In this document: positions 17,983-28,241 of the stretch, piece after piece | How the letters are laid out: each line of letters opens with the position of its first letter | How positions within the stretch are numbered: the first letter of the stretch is position 1 | NCBI RefSeq assembly: GCF_988243305.1 | Contig: NZ_OZ547136.1 | Reading direction: 5' to 3' (one strand) | DNA length: 64,000 nucleotides | Program-made: the position numbers and the translations under genes | The notes under the pieces: generated by a model | Told to the model about the DNA's origin: nothing | Databases searched by the model: none | What the model saw: only the letters and a program-made list of their open reading frames with translations

Positions 17983-18363
17983 TTATTTAAACAACGCGTG
18001 TACGTTGTTCTGTTTGAAATTCAACGTCGGGTGCAGCTCTGCAATCTCAAATGAAAGCGCCAGGTAACGGCTCTCCATCAGTGAGGCGAAGTGCGTTTTA
18101 ATCAGATCAAACAGCATTTCGCCTACTTCCTGACGGCTTTCCAGACTGCGCCCGCTGCCGATTTTTAGCGTCATATGCACAAAGGCGTAATCGTGCTTGC
18201 CATCAGCCATTTGCCAGGTATCGATCCAGTGCGCCCGGCTACGTATTCCCCCAAGCGGAAAAATCCCCGTCGCCGCCAGTGCAGTGTTAACACTGGCAAA
18301 CAGCTCAGGTAAGCGGGCTTCTTGACGAATATTTTCAGTACATTCCACGATAAAGTGCGGCAT
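17983..18363 (-). CDS. hpaF: 5-carboxymethyl-2-hydroxymuconate isomerase HpaF (126 aa)
   Basis: [22 protein letters not shown]... is recognised as CHM isomerase. Confidence 0.9.
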   Translation of the reverse strand: MPHFIVECTENIRQEARLPELFASVNTALAATGIFPLGGIRSRAHWIDTWQMADGKHDYAFVHMTLKIGSGRSLESRQEVGEMLFDLIKTHFASLMESRYLALSFEIAELHPTLNFKQNNVHALFK

Positions 18364-18372
18364 GGTGGTTCC

Positions 18373-19224
18373 TTACGCGGGAAGCGGGAAAACAGCGTTA
18401 ACCTGACCGGTGCCAGAGCTTGGGAACAGCTCGGTGATAAACTCTACCTTGCCGTCGTATTTATCCCAGCCGAGCATCCCCAGCAGCATCACCGTGTCGT
18501 GCATATTGCCTTCGCCGTAGCAGTAGTCAGCGTACTCCGGCAGCATATTGCAGAACTCTTTGAACTGGCCTTCGCGCCACAACTTCACCACGCGCTCGTC
18601 CATCTGGCGGTCGAACTCGCGGGTGTAGCTGTTCATCCCTTCTTCCGCACGCTGATCGTCAATAAAGCGGTGCGATAATGAACCGCTGGCAAGGACCGCC
18701 ACGGTGCCGTCGTACTGTTCGATCGCTTTCAGAATCGCTTCGCCCAGCTTGCGGCTGTCGGCAAAATCATGAACGGTACAGAATGCGGAGATGGAGACCA
18801 CTTTGAAGTGCTTGTCTTCATTCATGTAGCGCATTGGCACCAGCGTGCCGTATTCCAGTTTCAGGCTGGGAATGTTGTGCGCTTTTGCCCGCACGCCGAG
18901 CTTTAAGGCTTCATCGGCAATTAGCTGCCCCAACTCCGGGTTGCCCTCGTAGTTGTAGGTCATGTCACGAATAAAATGCGGCAGCTCGTTACTGGTGTAG
19001 ACGCCTTCAAAATGGTCTGCACAGTTGATGTGATAAGCACTGTTGACCAGCCAGTGAGTATCGAAAACGATAATGGTATCGACGCCCATTTCCCGGCAAC
19101 GCTTGCTGATCTCTTTATGCCCGTCGATCGCGCCCTGGCGGCAACCGTGGTTTTTCCCTGGCAGTTCAGAGAGATACATCGACGGTACGTGCGTGATCTT
19201 GGCGGCTAACGCTAACTTACCCAT
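18373..19224 (-). CDS. hpaD: Homoprotocatechuate (3,4-dihydroxyphenylacetate) 2,3-dioxygenase HpaD (283 aa)
   Basis: LigB-type extradiol dioxygenase sequence in the expected position in the meta operon. Confidence 0.9.
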   Translation of the reverse strand: MGKLALAAKITHVPSMYLSELPGKNHGCRQGAIDGHKEISKRCREMGVDTIIVFDTHWLVNSAYHINCADHFEGVYTSNELPHFIRDMTYNYEGNPELGQLIADEALKLGVRAKAHNIPSLKLEYGTLVPMRYMNEDKHFKVVSISAFCTVHDFADSRKLGEAILKAIEQYDGTVAVLASGSLSHRFIDDQRAEEGMNSYTREFDRQMDERVVKLWREGQFKEFCNMLPEYADYCYGEGNMHDTVMLLGMLGWDKYDGKVEFITELFPSSGTGQVNAVFPLPA

Positions 19225-19225
19225 A

Positions 19226-20692
19226 TCAGACTCCCCATTTCGGAATTGGATGGTCGCCCATGGAAATGCAGACGTTCTTCATTTCCGCGAACACTTCGAA
19301 GCTGTACTCACCGCCTTCACGCCCGGTGCCGGAGGCTTTTACGCCGCCAAATGGCTGGCGCAGGTCACGCACGTTCTGGGTGTTGACGAACACCATGCCA
19401 GCTTCAATGCCACGCGCCAGGCGTAACACTTTGCTGACATCCTGTGTCCAGATGTACGACGCGAGGCCGTACTCCACGTCGTTTGCCAGACGTAAGCCTT
19501 CGGCTTCGTCTTTAAACGGCAGCAGGCAGGCGACCGGCCCGAAAATCTCTTCCTGGGCGACTCGCATACGGTTATCAACGTCTGCCAGCACGGTTGGGCG
19601 CAGGAAGTTGCCGCCTTTCAGGTGCGCAGGCAGGTCGGACGGTTTATCCGGACCGCCCGCCAGCAGGGTTGCGCCTTCTTCAATGCCGAGACGAATATAG
19701 CCGGAGACTTTTTCCCAGTGTTGCTGGCTGATAAGCGCCCCAACCTGGGTATTCGGATCGTTCGGATCGCCCACGCGCAGACGGTTGGCGCGTTCGGCAA
19801 AGCGTTTAACGAATTCCGGGTAGATGCTTTGCTGAATAAAGATGCGCGAACCGGCGGTGCAGCGCTCGCCGTTGATCGAGAAGATGGTGAACAGGGCAGC
19901 GTCCAGCGCGCGTTCAATATCGGCATCTTCAAAAATCAGCACCGGCGATTTACCGCCCAGTTCCATGGAGTATTTTTTCAGCCCGGCGTTTTTCATGATG
20001 TTGCGCCCGGTGGCCGTACCGCCGGTGAACGACACGGCACGTACGTCATGATGACGAACCAGCGCATCGCCTGCGGTTGCGCCGTAGCCCTGTACCACGT
20101 TCAGCACGCCCGCCGGAATACCGGCTTCCAGCGCCAGCTCACCCAGGCGGTCAGCGGTCAGCGGGGAGAGTTCCGACATTTTCAACACCGCGGTATTGCC
20201 CAGCGCCAGACACGGCGCGACCTTCCATGTGGCGGTCATAAACGGCACGTTCCACGGCGATACCAGCGCACAAACGCCTACCGGTTGCACCAGCGTGTAG
20301 TTGAGCATCTTGTCGTCAACCGGATAGGTCTTGCCGTTCATCTGCTGGCAGACTTCCGCGAAAAATTCAAAGTTGTGAGAAGCGCGTGGGATCAATACAT
20401 TTTTGGTCTGATGGATCGGCAGGCCCGTGTCCGCGGTTTCCATCGCGGCGATCTCAGGCACGTTCTGGTCGATCAGATCGCCCAGACGGCGCATCAGGCG
20501 CGCACGCTCTTTCATCGGCAGATTGGCCCATTTCGGGAACGCCTCTTTCGCTGCCGCTACCGCCTGATTGATCTCCGCTTCACCGCCGGAGGCCACATCT
20601 GCCAGCACTTCACCCGTTGCCGGATTGGTGGTCTGGAAGTAGTCGTTACCTGCAACATTTTTGCCGTTGATCCAATGATTTACTTTTTTCAT
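19226..20692 (-). CDS. hpaE: 5-carboxymethyl-2-hydroxymuconate semialdehyde dehydrogenase HpaE (488 aa)
   Basis: Aldehyde dehydrogenase family (ELGGKSP; catalytic Cys context GERCTAGSR). 4-nt overlap with hpaG. Confidence 0.9.
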   Translation of the reverse strand: MKKVNHWINGKNVAGNDYFQTTNPATGEVLADVASGGEAEINQAVAAAKEAFPKWANLPMKERARLMRRLGDLIDQNVPEIAAMETADTGLPIHQTKNVLIPRASHNFEFFAEVCQQMNGKTYPVDDKMLNYTLVQPVGVCALVSPWNVPFMTATWKVAPCLALGNTAVLKMSELSPLTADRLGELALEAGIPAGVLNVVQGYGATAGDALVRHHDVRAVSFTGGTATGRNIMKNAGLKKYSMELGGKSPVLIFEDADIERALDAALFTIFSINGERCTAGSRIFIQQSIYPEFVKRFAERANRLRVGDPNDPNTQVGALISQQHWEKVSGYIRLGIEEGATLLAGGPDKPSDLPAHLKGGNFLRPTVLADVDNRMRVAQEEIFGPVACLLPFKDEAEGLRLANDVEYGLASYIWTQDVSKVLRLARGIEAGMVFVNTQNVRDLRQPFGGVKASGTGREGGEYSFEVFAEMKNVCISMGDHPIPKWGV

Positions 20693-21978
20693 TTCGCTGT
20701 TTCCTCACTCACAATTCGGTTCACCAGGCGGCCCACGCCTTCTACTTCCACCACTACTTCATCGCCAGGCACCACGTCAGATAAGCCTTTTGGTGTGCCG
20801 GTGGCGATCATGTCGCCCGGATTCAGGGTCATAAATTCGCTTAAGTAGGCGATCAGGAAGGGCACGCTGAAGATCAGATCGGCGGTGGTGCCTTGCTGGC
20901 GTAACTCGCCGTTGACGAAGGTGCGAAGGGTCAGATTATGCGGGGCCGGGATCGCCTCTTTCGGCACGATGGTTGAAAGCATCGGCGTCAGTCCGTCGCG
21001 GCTTTTTACCCGCAGGTTAGGGCGGTAGTAGTTTTCCAGATAGTCGCGAATGGCGTAGTCGTTACACACGGTGTAGCCCGCGACATAATCCATGGCATCG
21101 GCTTCGCTGACGTTACGCGCCTGCTTGCCAATAACTACCACCAGCTCCGCTTCGTAGTGCATGTATTCAATATTGTTCGGGCGCACGGAGGTCTGGTTAT
21201 CGCCAGTGAGGGTATTCGGCGCTTTCAGGAACACCAGCGGTTCTTCCGGTGGCTTAAATTCCAGTTCGCTGGCGTGGTCGGCGTAGTTCAGGCCGAGGGC
21301 AAACAGCGTGCCGTGCGGGTGTGGCTGCGTTGGGAAGCTCTTGCGCGTGGTCACTTCACGTTCGTCCACTACCGGATTTTCCAGTGGCGGGAAACCTTCT
21401 GCGAGAACACGCACGCGATCGCCTGGCTGTATTTCCACGCGCGCCTGTGGCGTGCCGAGCAGAATGGCATCGCCTGGATTCAGCGTGGCAAATTCGCTCA
21501 GGGCGCTCAGCAACTGTGCGGCGTTACGTTGTAAATCGGCGGTATTCCAGTGATCGGCAGGACGCCCGTTGATCTCGGTATAGATAGTCAGATTATCGAC
21601 ATTGCTGAGAGCCACGGTTTCGCCAATGGGGCAGAATCCATCACGACATTTTGCTTTGATTGCCGGGCGGTAAAAGCTCTCTTCCGGCAGGCTGACGTCG
21701 TTAGCCAGCGCATATCCGGCGATGTACTCTGCCGCATCTTCTTCACGTACTTTCGTCGCCGTTTTCCCCACCATCAACGCAACAGTCGCACCGCTCAGTA
21801 CCTTTTCACCCTGTGGAAAGGGAATCCGTTCACCGCAACCAATCACCGTATTGCGCGGTTTAATAAACCAGACCGCAGTTTTAGGCGGGGTTTTGTAGGG
21901 GGATTGCTGGAACGCTTCCTGCCATGCATCAAGCTGGCTGCGATGGTTCAACGCTACGGCGAAGATAGTGCCTTTCAT
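20689..21978 (-). CDS. hpaG: Bifunctional OPET decarboxylase / HHDD isomerase HpaG (429 aa)
   Basis: Two tandem FAH-family domains. Start MKGTIFAVALNH with a GAGGAG RBS. Confidence 0.9.
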   Translation of the reverse strand: MKGTIFAVALNHRSQLDAWQEAFQQSPYKTPPKTAVWFIKPRNTVIGCGERIPFPQGEKVLSGATVALMVGKTATKVREEDAAEYIAGYALANDVSLPEESFYRPAIKAKCRDGFCPIGETVALSNVDNLTIYTEINGRPADHWNTADLQRNAAQLLSALSEFATLNPGDAILLGTPQARVEIQPGDRVRVLAEGFPPLENPVVDEREVTTRKSFPTQPHPHGTLFALGLNYADHASELEFKPPEEPLVFLKAPNTLTGDNQTSVRPNNIEYMHYEAELVVVIGKQARNVSEADAMDYVAGYTVCNDYAIRDYLENYYRPNLRVKSRDGLTPMLSTIVPKEAIPAPHNLTLRTFVNGELRQQGTTADLIFSVPFLIAYLSEFMTLNPGDMIATGTPKGLSDVVPGDEVVVEVEGVGRLVNRIVSEETAK

Positions 21979-22003
21979 TACCACTCCTCGGATTCGATCA
22001 TCT

Positions 22004-22027
22004 TAATCATTAATATGTTAATGATTA
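22004..22027. promoter_or_regulatory. Perfect 10-bp inverted repeat TAATCATTAA-tatg-TTAATGATTA in the hpaG/hpaR divergent region; probable HpaR (MarR-type) operator
   Basis: The palindrome was read directly, 26 bp upstream of the hpaG start. MarR-family repressors bind such dyads. A half-site (attaatgatt) recurs near 22217. Confidence 0.6.
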
Positions 22028-22249
22028 CTTTTATTCCCGATTGCGTAGTTTGGCAAAAGTAAGTGATGTAAATGTGATCTAATTAACAAACTATTTACAT
22101 TTGCAGGTAATAAAATACTAAATATCAGTAAGTTAATAAAGTATGCTCAATTTTGATAAAATGAGGAATTGCGGGGATAGCTCAGTCCCGGTAACGTGAT
22201 GATTAACTGTTTCTATATTAATGATTTTGAATTTTTCAGGGGAAAGATA

Positions 22250-22696
22250 ATGCACGACTCACTAACCATTGCGTTGCTCCAGGCGCGAGAAGCGGCGATG
22301 AGTTATTTTCGCCCAATCGTTAAACGGCATAATTTGACTGAGCAACAGTGGCGCATCGTGCGTATTCTGGCGGAAAGCCCATCAATGGATTTTCACGATC
22401 TGGCGTATCGCGCCTGCATTTTGCGCCCAAGCCTGACCGGGATCCTCACGCGGATGGAACGCGACGGTTTAGTGTTGCGATTAAAGCCGATCAATGATCA
22501 GCGGAAGCTCTATATCTCGCTGACCAAAGAGGGGCAGGCGCTGTATAACCGCGCTCAGACACAGATTGAAGAGGCCTATCGGCAGATTGAAGCTCAGTTT
22601 ACTGCCGAGAAAATGCAACAGTTAACCCATCTGTTAGAGGAATTTATTGCTCTGGGTAATTCCCGACAAGAAGACATCCCGGGCGATAATGAATAA
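22250..22696 (+). CDS. hpaR: MarR-family repressor of the hpa meta operon, HpaR (148 aa)
   Basis: Starts MHDSLTIALLQAREAAMSYFRP (RBS AGGGGAAAG). The track ORF starts 18 codons earlier. Confidence 0.9.
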   Translation: MHDSLTIALLQAREAAMSYFRPIVKRHNLTEQQWRIVRILAESPSMDFHDLAYRACILRPSLTGILTRMERDGLVLRLKPINDQRKLYISLTKEGQALYNRAQTQIEEAYRQIEAQFTAEKMQQLTHLLEEFIALGNSRQEDIPGDNE

Positions 22697-22757
22697 CTTT
22701 TTAATATCTGATAACCAGCGCCTGGTTTTTCCATGGATGGCGGGTTACACCTTTTCA

Positions 22758-22784
22758 TAAAGTTTTTCCTTTCCAGGCCGAAAA
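22758..22784 (+). promoter_or_regulatory. Sigma-28 (FliA) promoter of tsr: TAAA-N15-GCCGAAAA
   Basis: Matches the class 3 flagellar consensus TAAA-N15-GCCGATAA with one mismatch. Lies about 30 bp before the tsr ATG. Confidence 0.75.
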
Positions 22785-22814
22785 TCTTGCATCGGTCCAC
22801 AGGAAAGAGAAACC

Positions 22815-24479
22815 ATGTTAAAACGTATCAAAATTGTGACCAGCTTACTGCTGGTTTTGGCCGTTTTTGGCCTTTTACAACTGACATCAGGCGGTCTGTT
22901 CTTTAATGCCTTAAAGAATGACAAAGAAAATTTCACTGTTTTACAAACCATTCGCCAGCAGCAATCCACGCTGAATGGCAGCTGGGTCGCGTTGTTGCAG
23001 ACGCGTAACACCCTCAACCGCGCGGGTATCCGCTACATGATGGATCAGAATAATATTGGTAGCGGTTCAACCGTTGCTGAGCTGATGCAGAGTGCCAGTA
23101 TTTCGCTGAAACAGGCGGAAAAAAACTGGGCGGATTACGAAGCGTTGCCGCGTGACCCGCATCAGAGCACCGCCGCAGCGGCAGAGATCAAACGTAATTA
23201 CGATATTTATCACAATGCGCTGGCGGAGCTGATCCAACTGTTAGGTGCAGGCAAAATCAACGAGTTCTTTGATCAGCCAACCCAGGGATATCAGGACGGT
23301 TTCGAGAAGCAGTATGTGGCTTACATGGAGCAAAACGATCGGCTCTATGATATCGCCGTCAGCGATAATAATGCCTCCTACAGCCAGGCGATGTGGATCC
23401 TGGTGGGCGTGATGATCGTCGTACTGGCAGTCATCTTCGCCGTCTGGTTCGGTATTAAAGCCTCGTTGGTAGCGCCAATGAATCGCCTGATTGACAGCAT
23501 TCGTCATATTGCAGGCGGCGATCTGGTGAAACCGATTGAGGTGGATGGCTCTAATGAGATGGGGCAACTGGCAGAGAGTTTGCGCCATATGCAGGGAGAG
23601 CTGATGCGAACCGTCGGTGATGTGCGCAACGGGGCCAATGCCATCTATAGCGGTGCCAGCGAAATCGCCACCGGCAATAACGATCTCTCTTCGCGCACCG
23701 AGCAACAGGCCGCTTCGCTGGAAGAGACGGCAGCCAGCATGGAGCAACTGACCGCAACGGTGAAACAGAACGCCGAGAATGCGCGTCAGGCCAGCCATCT
23801 GGCGTTAAGTGCTTCTGAAACGGCGCAACGCGGCGGCAAAGTGGTGGATAACGTAGTACAGACCATGCGCGATATCTCCACCAGTTCGCAGAAAATCGCC
23901 GATATTATCAGCGTAATTGACGGCATTGCCTTCCAGACCAATATTCTGGCTTTGAACGCGGCGGTTGAGGCTGCGCGTGCGGGTGAGCAAGGGCGCGGTT
24001 TTGCGGTGGTCGCGGGAGAAGTGCGTAATCTGGCCCAGCGCAGCGCCCAGGCGGCTCGTGAAATTAAAAGCCTGATTGAAGACTCGGTGGGGAAAGTGGA
24101 TGTTGGCTCTACGCTGGTCGAAAGCGCCGGGGAAACAATGGCGGAGATTGTCAGTGCCGTGACCCGCGTGACGGACATTATGGGCGAAATTGCTTCTGCT
24201 TCTGATGAGCAGAGCCGTGGTATCGATCAGGTTGGATTAGCGGTTGCTGAGATGGACCGGGTAACTCAACAGAACGCCGCGCTGGTGGAAGAATCTGCCG
24301 CCGCCGCTGCCGCGCTGGAAGAGCAGGCCAGTCGCCTGACCGAAGCTGTGGCAGTGTTCCGGATTCAGCAACAGCAGCAACAGCAGCGTGAAACATCGGC
24401 TGTAGTAAAAACCGTGACGCCAGCTACGCCGCGTAAAATGGCCGTGGCAGATAGCGGCGAGAACTGGGAAACGTTTTAA
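22815..24479 (+). CDS. tsr: Serine chemoreceptor Tsr (554 aa)
   Basis: [23 protein letters not shown]..., an HAMP domain, the MCP signalling domain, and the C-terminal NWETF pentapeptide. Confidence 0.95.
   Translation: MLKRIKIVTSLLLVLAVFGLLQLTSGGLFFNALKNDKENFTVLQTIRQQQSTLNGSWVALLQTRNTLNRAGIRYMMDQNNIGSGSTVAELMQSASISLKQAEKNWADYEALPRDPHQSTAAAAEIKRNYDIYHNALAELIQLLGAGKINEFFDQPTQGYQDGFEKQYVAYMEQNDRLYDIAVSDNNASYSQAMWILVGVMIVVLAVIFAVWFGIKASLVAPMNRLIDSIRHIAGGDLVKPIEVDGSNEMGQLAESLRHMQGELMRTVGDVRNGANAIYSGASEIATGNNDLSSRTEQQAASLEETAASMEQLTATVKQNAENARQASHLALSASETAQRGGKVVDNVVQTMRDISTSSQKIADIISVIDGIAFQTNILALNAAVEAARAGEQGRGFAVVAGEVRNLAQRSAQAAREIKSLIEDSVGKVDVGSTLVESAGETMAEIVSAVTRVTDIMGEIASASDEQSRGIDQVGLAVAEMDRVTQQNAALVEESAAAAAALEEQASRLTEAVAVFRIQQQQQQQRETSAVVKTVTPATPRKMAVADSGENWETF
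24369..24386 (+). repeat. Tandem 9-bp duplication CAACAGCAG x2 in the Tsr C-terminal linker (Q7 tract)
   Basis: att cag caacagcag caacagcag cgt was read directly. Confidence 0.9.
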
Positions 24480-24527
24480 TCGCCATAAAAATGCCCGATA
24501 AGCAAAATGTTATCGGGCATAGGGAGT

Positions 24528-25889
24528 TTAATCTTTACGCGGGTCGTTGATCGGCTGACGAACCAGGAAGATGTACGCCAGTGCCCCCGCTGCGGTGACG
24601 CAACCGCAGATGATTAGTGCCAGACGGAATGAGTGGGTGGTATCAACAATAAAACCAGTAATGATCGGCGCGAAAGAGGCGCAGATGAAGCTGGCAAAGT
24701 TCTGGATACTGCCCACCGACGCCGTCATGCGAGAAGCAACTGCGACGTGGATCAAGCCCCAGCAGGATGTTCCGGCAAAGTGAATACAAAACAGTGCCAT
24801 GCCAATCAGCAGAACCGCTGTCATGGATGTTGTCGCTTGCGGTACGACCAGCGTAAAGGCGGCAGAACAGAACATCCCGGCAATAATGCAGATCTTACGG
24901 CTTTTAATCGGAGCCATTCCCCCTTTGACCAGCCAGTCGGTAACGTAACCGTTGACCAGCATCCCGGCAGCCCCAAACAGGAAAGGGATAGCCGCCATCA
25001 ATCCTGTGCTTTTTAAATCCAGGTTATAGGCTGTTTGCAGGTAACCAGGAAGCCAGGCCAGATACAGCCACGCAGTGTAGTTGATGCCACTGAATCCGAG
25101 CATCATTCCCCACATTGTGCGGTTACGGAACAGGCTGCGCCATTCGGCAAAACTGAGCGGATCTCGGCGGGCATTGACGCTACCTGCATTGAGATAAGCT
25201 TGTTCAACGGCAGTCAGTTCTACGTGCTCGCGGTTGCGATAGAGCATATACCAGCCGATGGCGAGAAAAATCCCCAGTACACCAATGGTAATAAACATCC
25301 CGCGCCAGCCCATCACCAGCATCATCGCCGCCAGAATCGGTGGGCTTACGGCAACGCCAATGGTAGAAGCTGCGTTGAAGAAGCCCATCGGGCGTCCGCG
25401 CTCTTTGATGTTGAACCAGTCGTTAATGACTTTTACACCGCATGGGTTCATCGGCGCTTCACCAATCCCCATACCGATACGCACCAACACGAACTGCGTA
25501 AAGCTGTGCACCATGCCAGACATGGCCTGGAACAGTGACCAGAAGAACATCCCCAGTCCCAGCATCAGGCGTGGGCCTTTACGATCCAATAGTGGGCCGC
25601 AAGGAAGTTGCGCAATCCCGTAAGCGAGTGAAAACACGGAGAGCAAAGCGCCGATTTCGGTGGCACTTAATCCCAATTCTTCACGAATCGTTAAATTTGC
25701 TACCGACAGCGAACTGCGGTCGAGATAATTGATTACCGCCGCAAAAAATAATAACAACATGGCGGTGGTTTGAATGCGTTTAATTCGGGTACTGCGTTGA
25801 ACTAATCCATCTGGTGGCACGGGAATATCTGCCGACGAAGATGGAGTAAATGAAGAACGCGGATCGAGGGTGATATTTTCTTTTTCCAC
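24528..25889 (-). CDS. lgoT: MFS L-galactonate transporter LgoT (YjjL), 453 aa
   Basis: MFS anion:cation symporter-type sequence. Synteny with lgoR/lgoD. Confidence 0.85.
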   Translation of the reverse strand: MEKENITLDPRSSFTPSSSADIPVPPDGLVQRSTRIKRIQTTAMLLLFFAAVINYLDRSSLSVANLTIREELGLSATEIGALLSVFSLAYGIAQLPCGPLLDRKGPRLMLGLGMFFWSLFQAMSGMVHSFTQFVLVRIGMGIGEAPMNPCGVKVINDWFNIKERGRPMGFFNAASTIGVAVSPPILAAMMLVMGWRGMFITIGVLGIFLAIGWYMLYRNREHVELTAVEQAYLNAGSVNARRDPLSFAEWRSLFRNRTMWGMMLGFSGINYTAWLYLAWLPGYLQTAYNLDLKSTGLMAAIPFLFGAAGMLVNGYVTDWLVKGGMAPIKSRKICIIAGMFCSAAFTLVVPQATTSMTAVLLIGMALFCIHFAGTSCWGLIHVAVASRMTASVGSIQNFASFICASFAPIITGFIVDTTHSFRLALIICGCVTAAGALAYIFLVRQPINDPRKD

Positions 25890-26103
25890 GCCGGACTCCT
25901 GTATTTATAATTTTAATTGTTTACGTAATTGTGCATTACGCAAGGTTGACATTAACGGCAGGTTAAAGTTTTAGGACTTTACTACCGCTCACAAAAACAT
26001 TTTTAGTCGACTGATTGTGAGCATAGGTAAGCGGGAATTTCCCGGTATTTATCTTTTGATAAAACCGTGCACCCGCTAATAGTTTGCTGTTTTTAATCCG
26101 TAC

Positions 26104-27018
26104 TTAATGAGCATAACGCGTGTTCTCATTAATGGATCGAATCATTGATTGTTTAGCTGAATTCAAATGGTTACGGAGCGCAAGGGTGGCATCAAGGTCA
26201 CTGCGGCAAATCAGAGCGCTGAGAATGGTCATATGCTCATCGACGGCAATGATATTGCGCTGTTTAAGATCGCTTTCGTCCCATTGATAGTGAAAATGAA
26301 AGATGACTGAGATGATCTCAAGCGATTGATCAAAAAAGATATTGTCGGCAGCTGAAAGCAGTAAGGAGTGAAAATCTCTGTCAAGTTGCGAGAACATGCG
26401 AAAGCTATTGCCGATGTTGTCACGCAGTAGCCGATGACGTTCGAGCATGGTTTTCGCCTGCAGCCAGCGGGGATCATGATCAGGCAGGTTGAGAAAGTGC
26501 TGAAGTGAATGAGTTTCGAGCATTTCGCGTAGCTCAAACAGCTGCTCAGCGTAGGATTGATCGAATTGCTTCATGCTCCACTGGCCGCGCTTTTCGCTTT
26601 GAATAAGATTATAACGGCCGAATTTTAAAAGATATTCTCTTACTACAACCGGGCTGACACCCGCGGCCCGAGCCAGTTGCAGTTCAGAAAAAGTTTCCCC
26701 AGGGCGTAACTGACGCTGGTTTATCATCGTGAAAAAAGCCTGCTCAAACACTTTGTTTTGTTCACTCATTGAAGCGGTAGTACAGGCGAAACCGTCATCA
26801 TGGTCAGGTTTACGCGCAATAACATAGTCGTTTCCAACCTGCGTTAAGACGCCGCATTCGCGTAAGTGGCTGAGAATATGACGCACTGTAGTGCGGCTGA
26901 TGTTGTACATTTCCGCCAACGCACTTTGCGATGGAAGTGGGGAAGGGATATGACCCCGCGCCATATCATCAATGACCTGGTTAATCACATTGTGGCGTAA
27001 ATTTTGTGAACGACTCAT
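26104..27018 (-). CDS. lgoR: GntR-family regulator LgoR (YjjM), 304 aa
   Basis: N-terminal winged HTH (LPSQSALAEMYNISRTTVRHILSHL) and a second HTH-like segment. Synteny. Confidence 0.85.
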   Translation of the reverse strand: MSRSQNLRHNVINQVIDDMARGHIPSPLPSQSALAEMYNISRTTVRHILSHLRECGVLTQVGNDYVIARKPDHDDGFACTTASMSEQNKVFEQAFFTMINQRQLRPGETFSELQLARAAGVSPVVVREYLLKFGRYNLIQSEKRGQWSMKQFDQSYAEQLFELREMLETHSLQHFLNLPDHDPRWLQAKTMLERHRLLRDNIGNSFRMFSQLDRDFHSLLLSAADNIFFDQSLEIISVIFHFHYQWDESDLKQRNIIAVDEHMTILSALICRSDLDATLALRNHLNSAKQSMIRSINENTRYAH

Positions 27019-27156
27019 ATTTTCCTCCTTGTGAGTCCATTAAAACCCGATTTAAAACATTTTTATGCGTGTGTTTTCACAAAACAGATTTTCCGTTCCG
27101 CTGCCATTTTTCATTTTCATTGATATCTAAGGCAACAAAAAATGGAGAGCCGAATC

Positions 27157-28179
27157 ATGTCTACGATGAATGTTTTAATTTGCCAGCAGCCGAAAGAATT
27201 AGTCTGGAAACAACGCGAGATACCTATTCCGGGTGACAATGAAGCATTAATAAAAATTAAGTCTGTCGGGATTTGCGGTACCGATATTCATGCCTGGGGT
27301 GGAAATCAACCATTTTTTAGTTATCCACGGGTTTTAGGCCATGAAATATGTGGGGAGATTGTTGGGCTGGGTAAAAATATTGCAAATCTTAAAAATGGAC
27401 AGCAAGTAGCGGTGATCCCTTATGTTGCCTGTCAGCAATGCCCGGCGTGTAAAAGCGGGCGTACCAATTGCTGTGAAAAAATTTCAGTCATTGGCGTGCA
27501 TCAGGATGGCGGTTTTAGTGAGTATTTGAGCGTGCCGGTGGCGAACATTTTGCCCGCAGACGGTATTGACCCGCAGGCGGCAGCATTGATTGAACCTTTC
27601 GCTATTAGCGCTCATGCGGTGCGTCGCGCAGCCATGGCTCCCGGCGAGCAGGTGCTGGTGGTCGGGGCGGGGCCAATCGGTCTGGGCGCGGCGGCAATCG
27701 CTAAAGCCGATGGCGCACAGGTAGTGGTGGCGGATACCAGTCCGGCGCGCCGTGAACATGTGGCAACGCGTCTGGAGTTGCCCGTGCTGGACCCGTCAGC
27801 CGAAGATTTTGACGCGCAGCTGCGGGCGCAGTTTGGTGGTTCGCTGGCGCAGAAAGTGATCGACGCGACAGGTAATCAACATGCGATGAATAACACCGTG
27901 AATCTGATTCGTCACGGCGGCACGGTGGTATTTGTCGGTCTGTTTAAAGGTGAGTTGCAGTTCTCCGATCCAGAATTCCATAAAAAAGAAACGACGATGA
28001 TGGGTAGCCGCAACGCCACGCCGGAAGATTTCGCTAAAGTCGGTCGACTGATGGCGGAAGGGAAAATCACTGCCGACATGATGTTAACCCATCGCTACCC
28101 GTTCGCCACGCTGGCAGAAACCTACGAGCGTGATGTGATTAACAATCGTGAGTTGATTAAGGGTGTAATTACTTTCTGA
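27157..28179 (+). CDS. lgoD: Zn-dependent L-galactonate 5-dehydrogenase LgoD (YjjN), 340 aa
   Basis: MDR alcohol-dehydrogenase motifs (GICGTDIH, GHEICGE, GAGPIGLG). Start MSTMNVLICQQ. Confidence 0.85.
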   Translation: MSTMNVLICQQPKELVWKQREIPIPGDNEALIKIKSVGICGTDIHAWGGNQPFFSYPRVLGHEICGEIVGLGKNIANLKNGQQVAVIPYVACQQCPACKSGRTNCCEKISVIGVHQDGGFSEYLSVPVANILPADGIDPQAAALIEPFAISAHAVRRAAMAPGEQVLVVGAGPIGLGAAAIAKADGAQVVVADTSPARREHVATRLELPVLDPSAEDFDAQLRAQFGGSLAQKVIDATGNQHAMNNTVNLIRHGGTVVFVGLFKGELQFSDPEFHKKETTMMGSRNATPEDFAKVGRLMAEGKITADMMLTHRYPFATLAETYERDVINNRELIKGVITF

Positions 28180-28206
28180 TAAGGCGAGATTATTAAAGTT
28201 GCCATG

Positions 28207-28241
28207 CAGCGTCCGGGGAAGTGTTGGGCGCTGTTTTTTTT
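28207..28241 (+). terminator. Rho-independent terminator after lgoD
   Basis: CAGCGTCC-loop-GGGCGCTG (1 mismatch) followed by T8. Confidence 0.65.

Noticed and set aside
19622-20848. 408-aa plus-strand ORF
   Set aside because: It is antisense to hpaE/hpaG, both with clear family motifs. The product is Arg/His-rich and featureless, so it is a shadow ORF.
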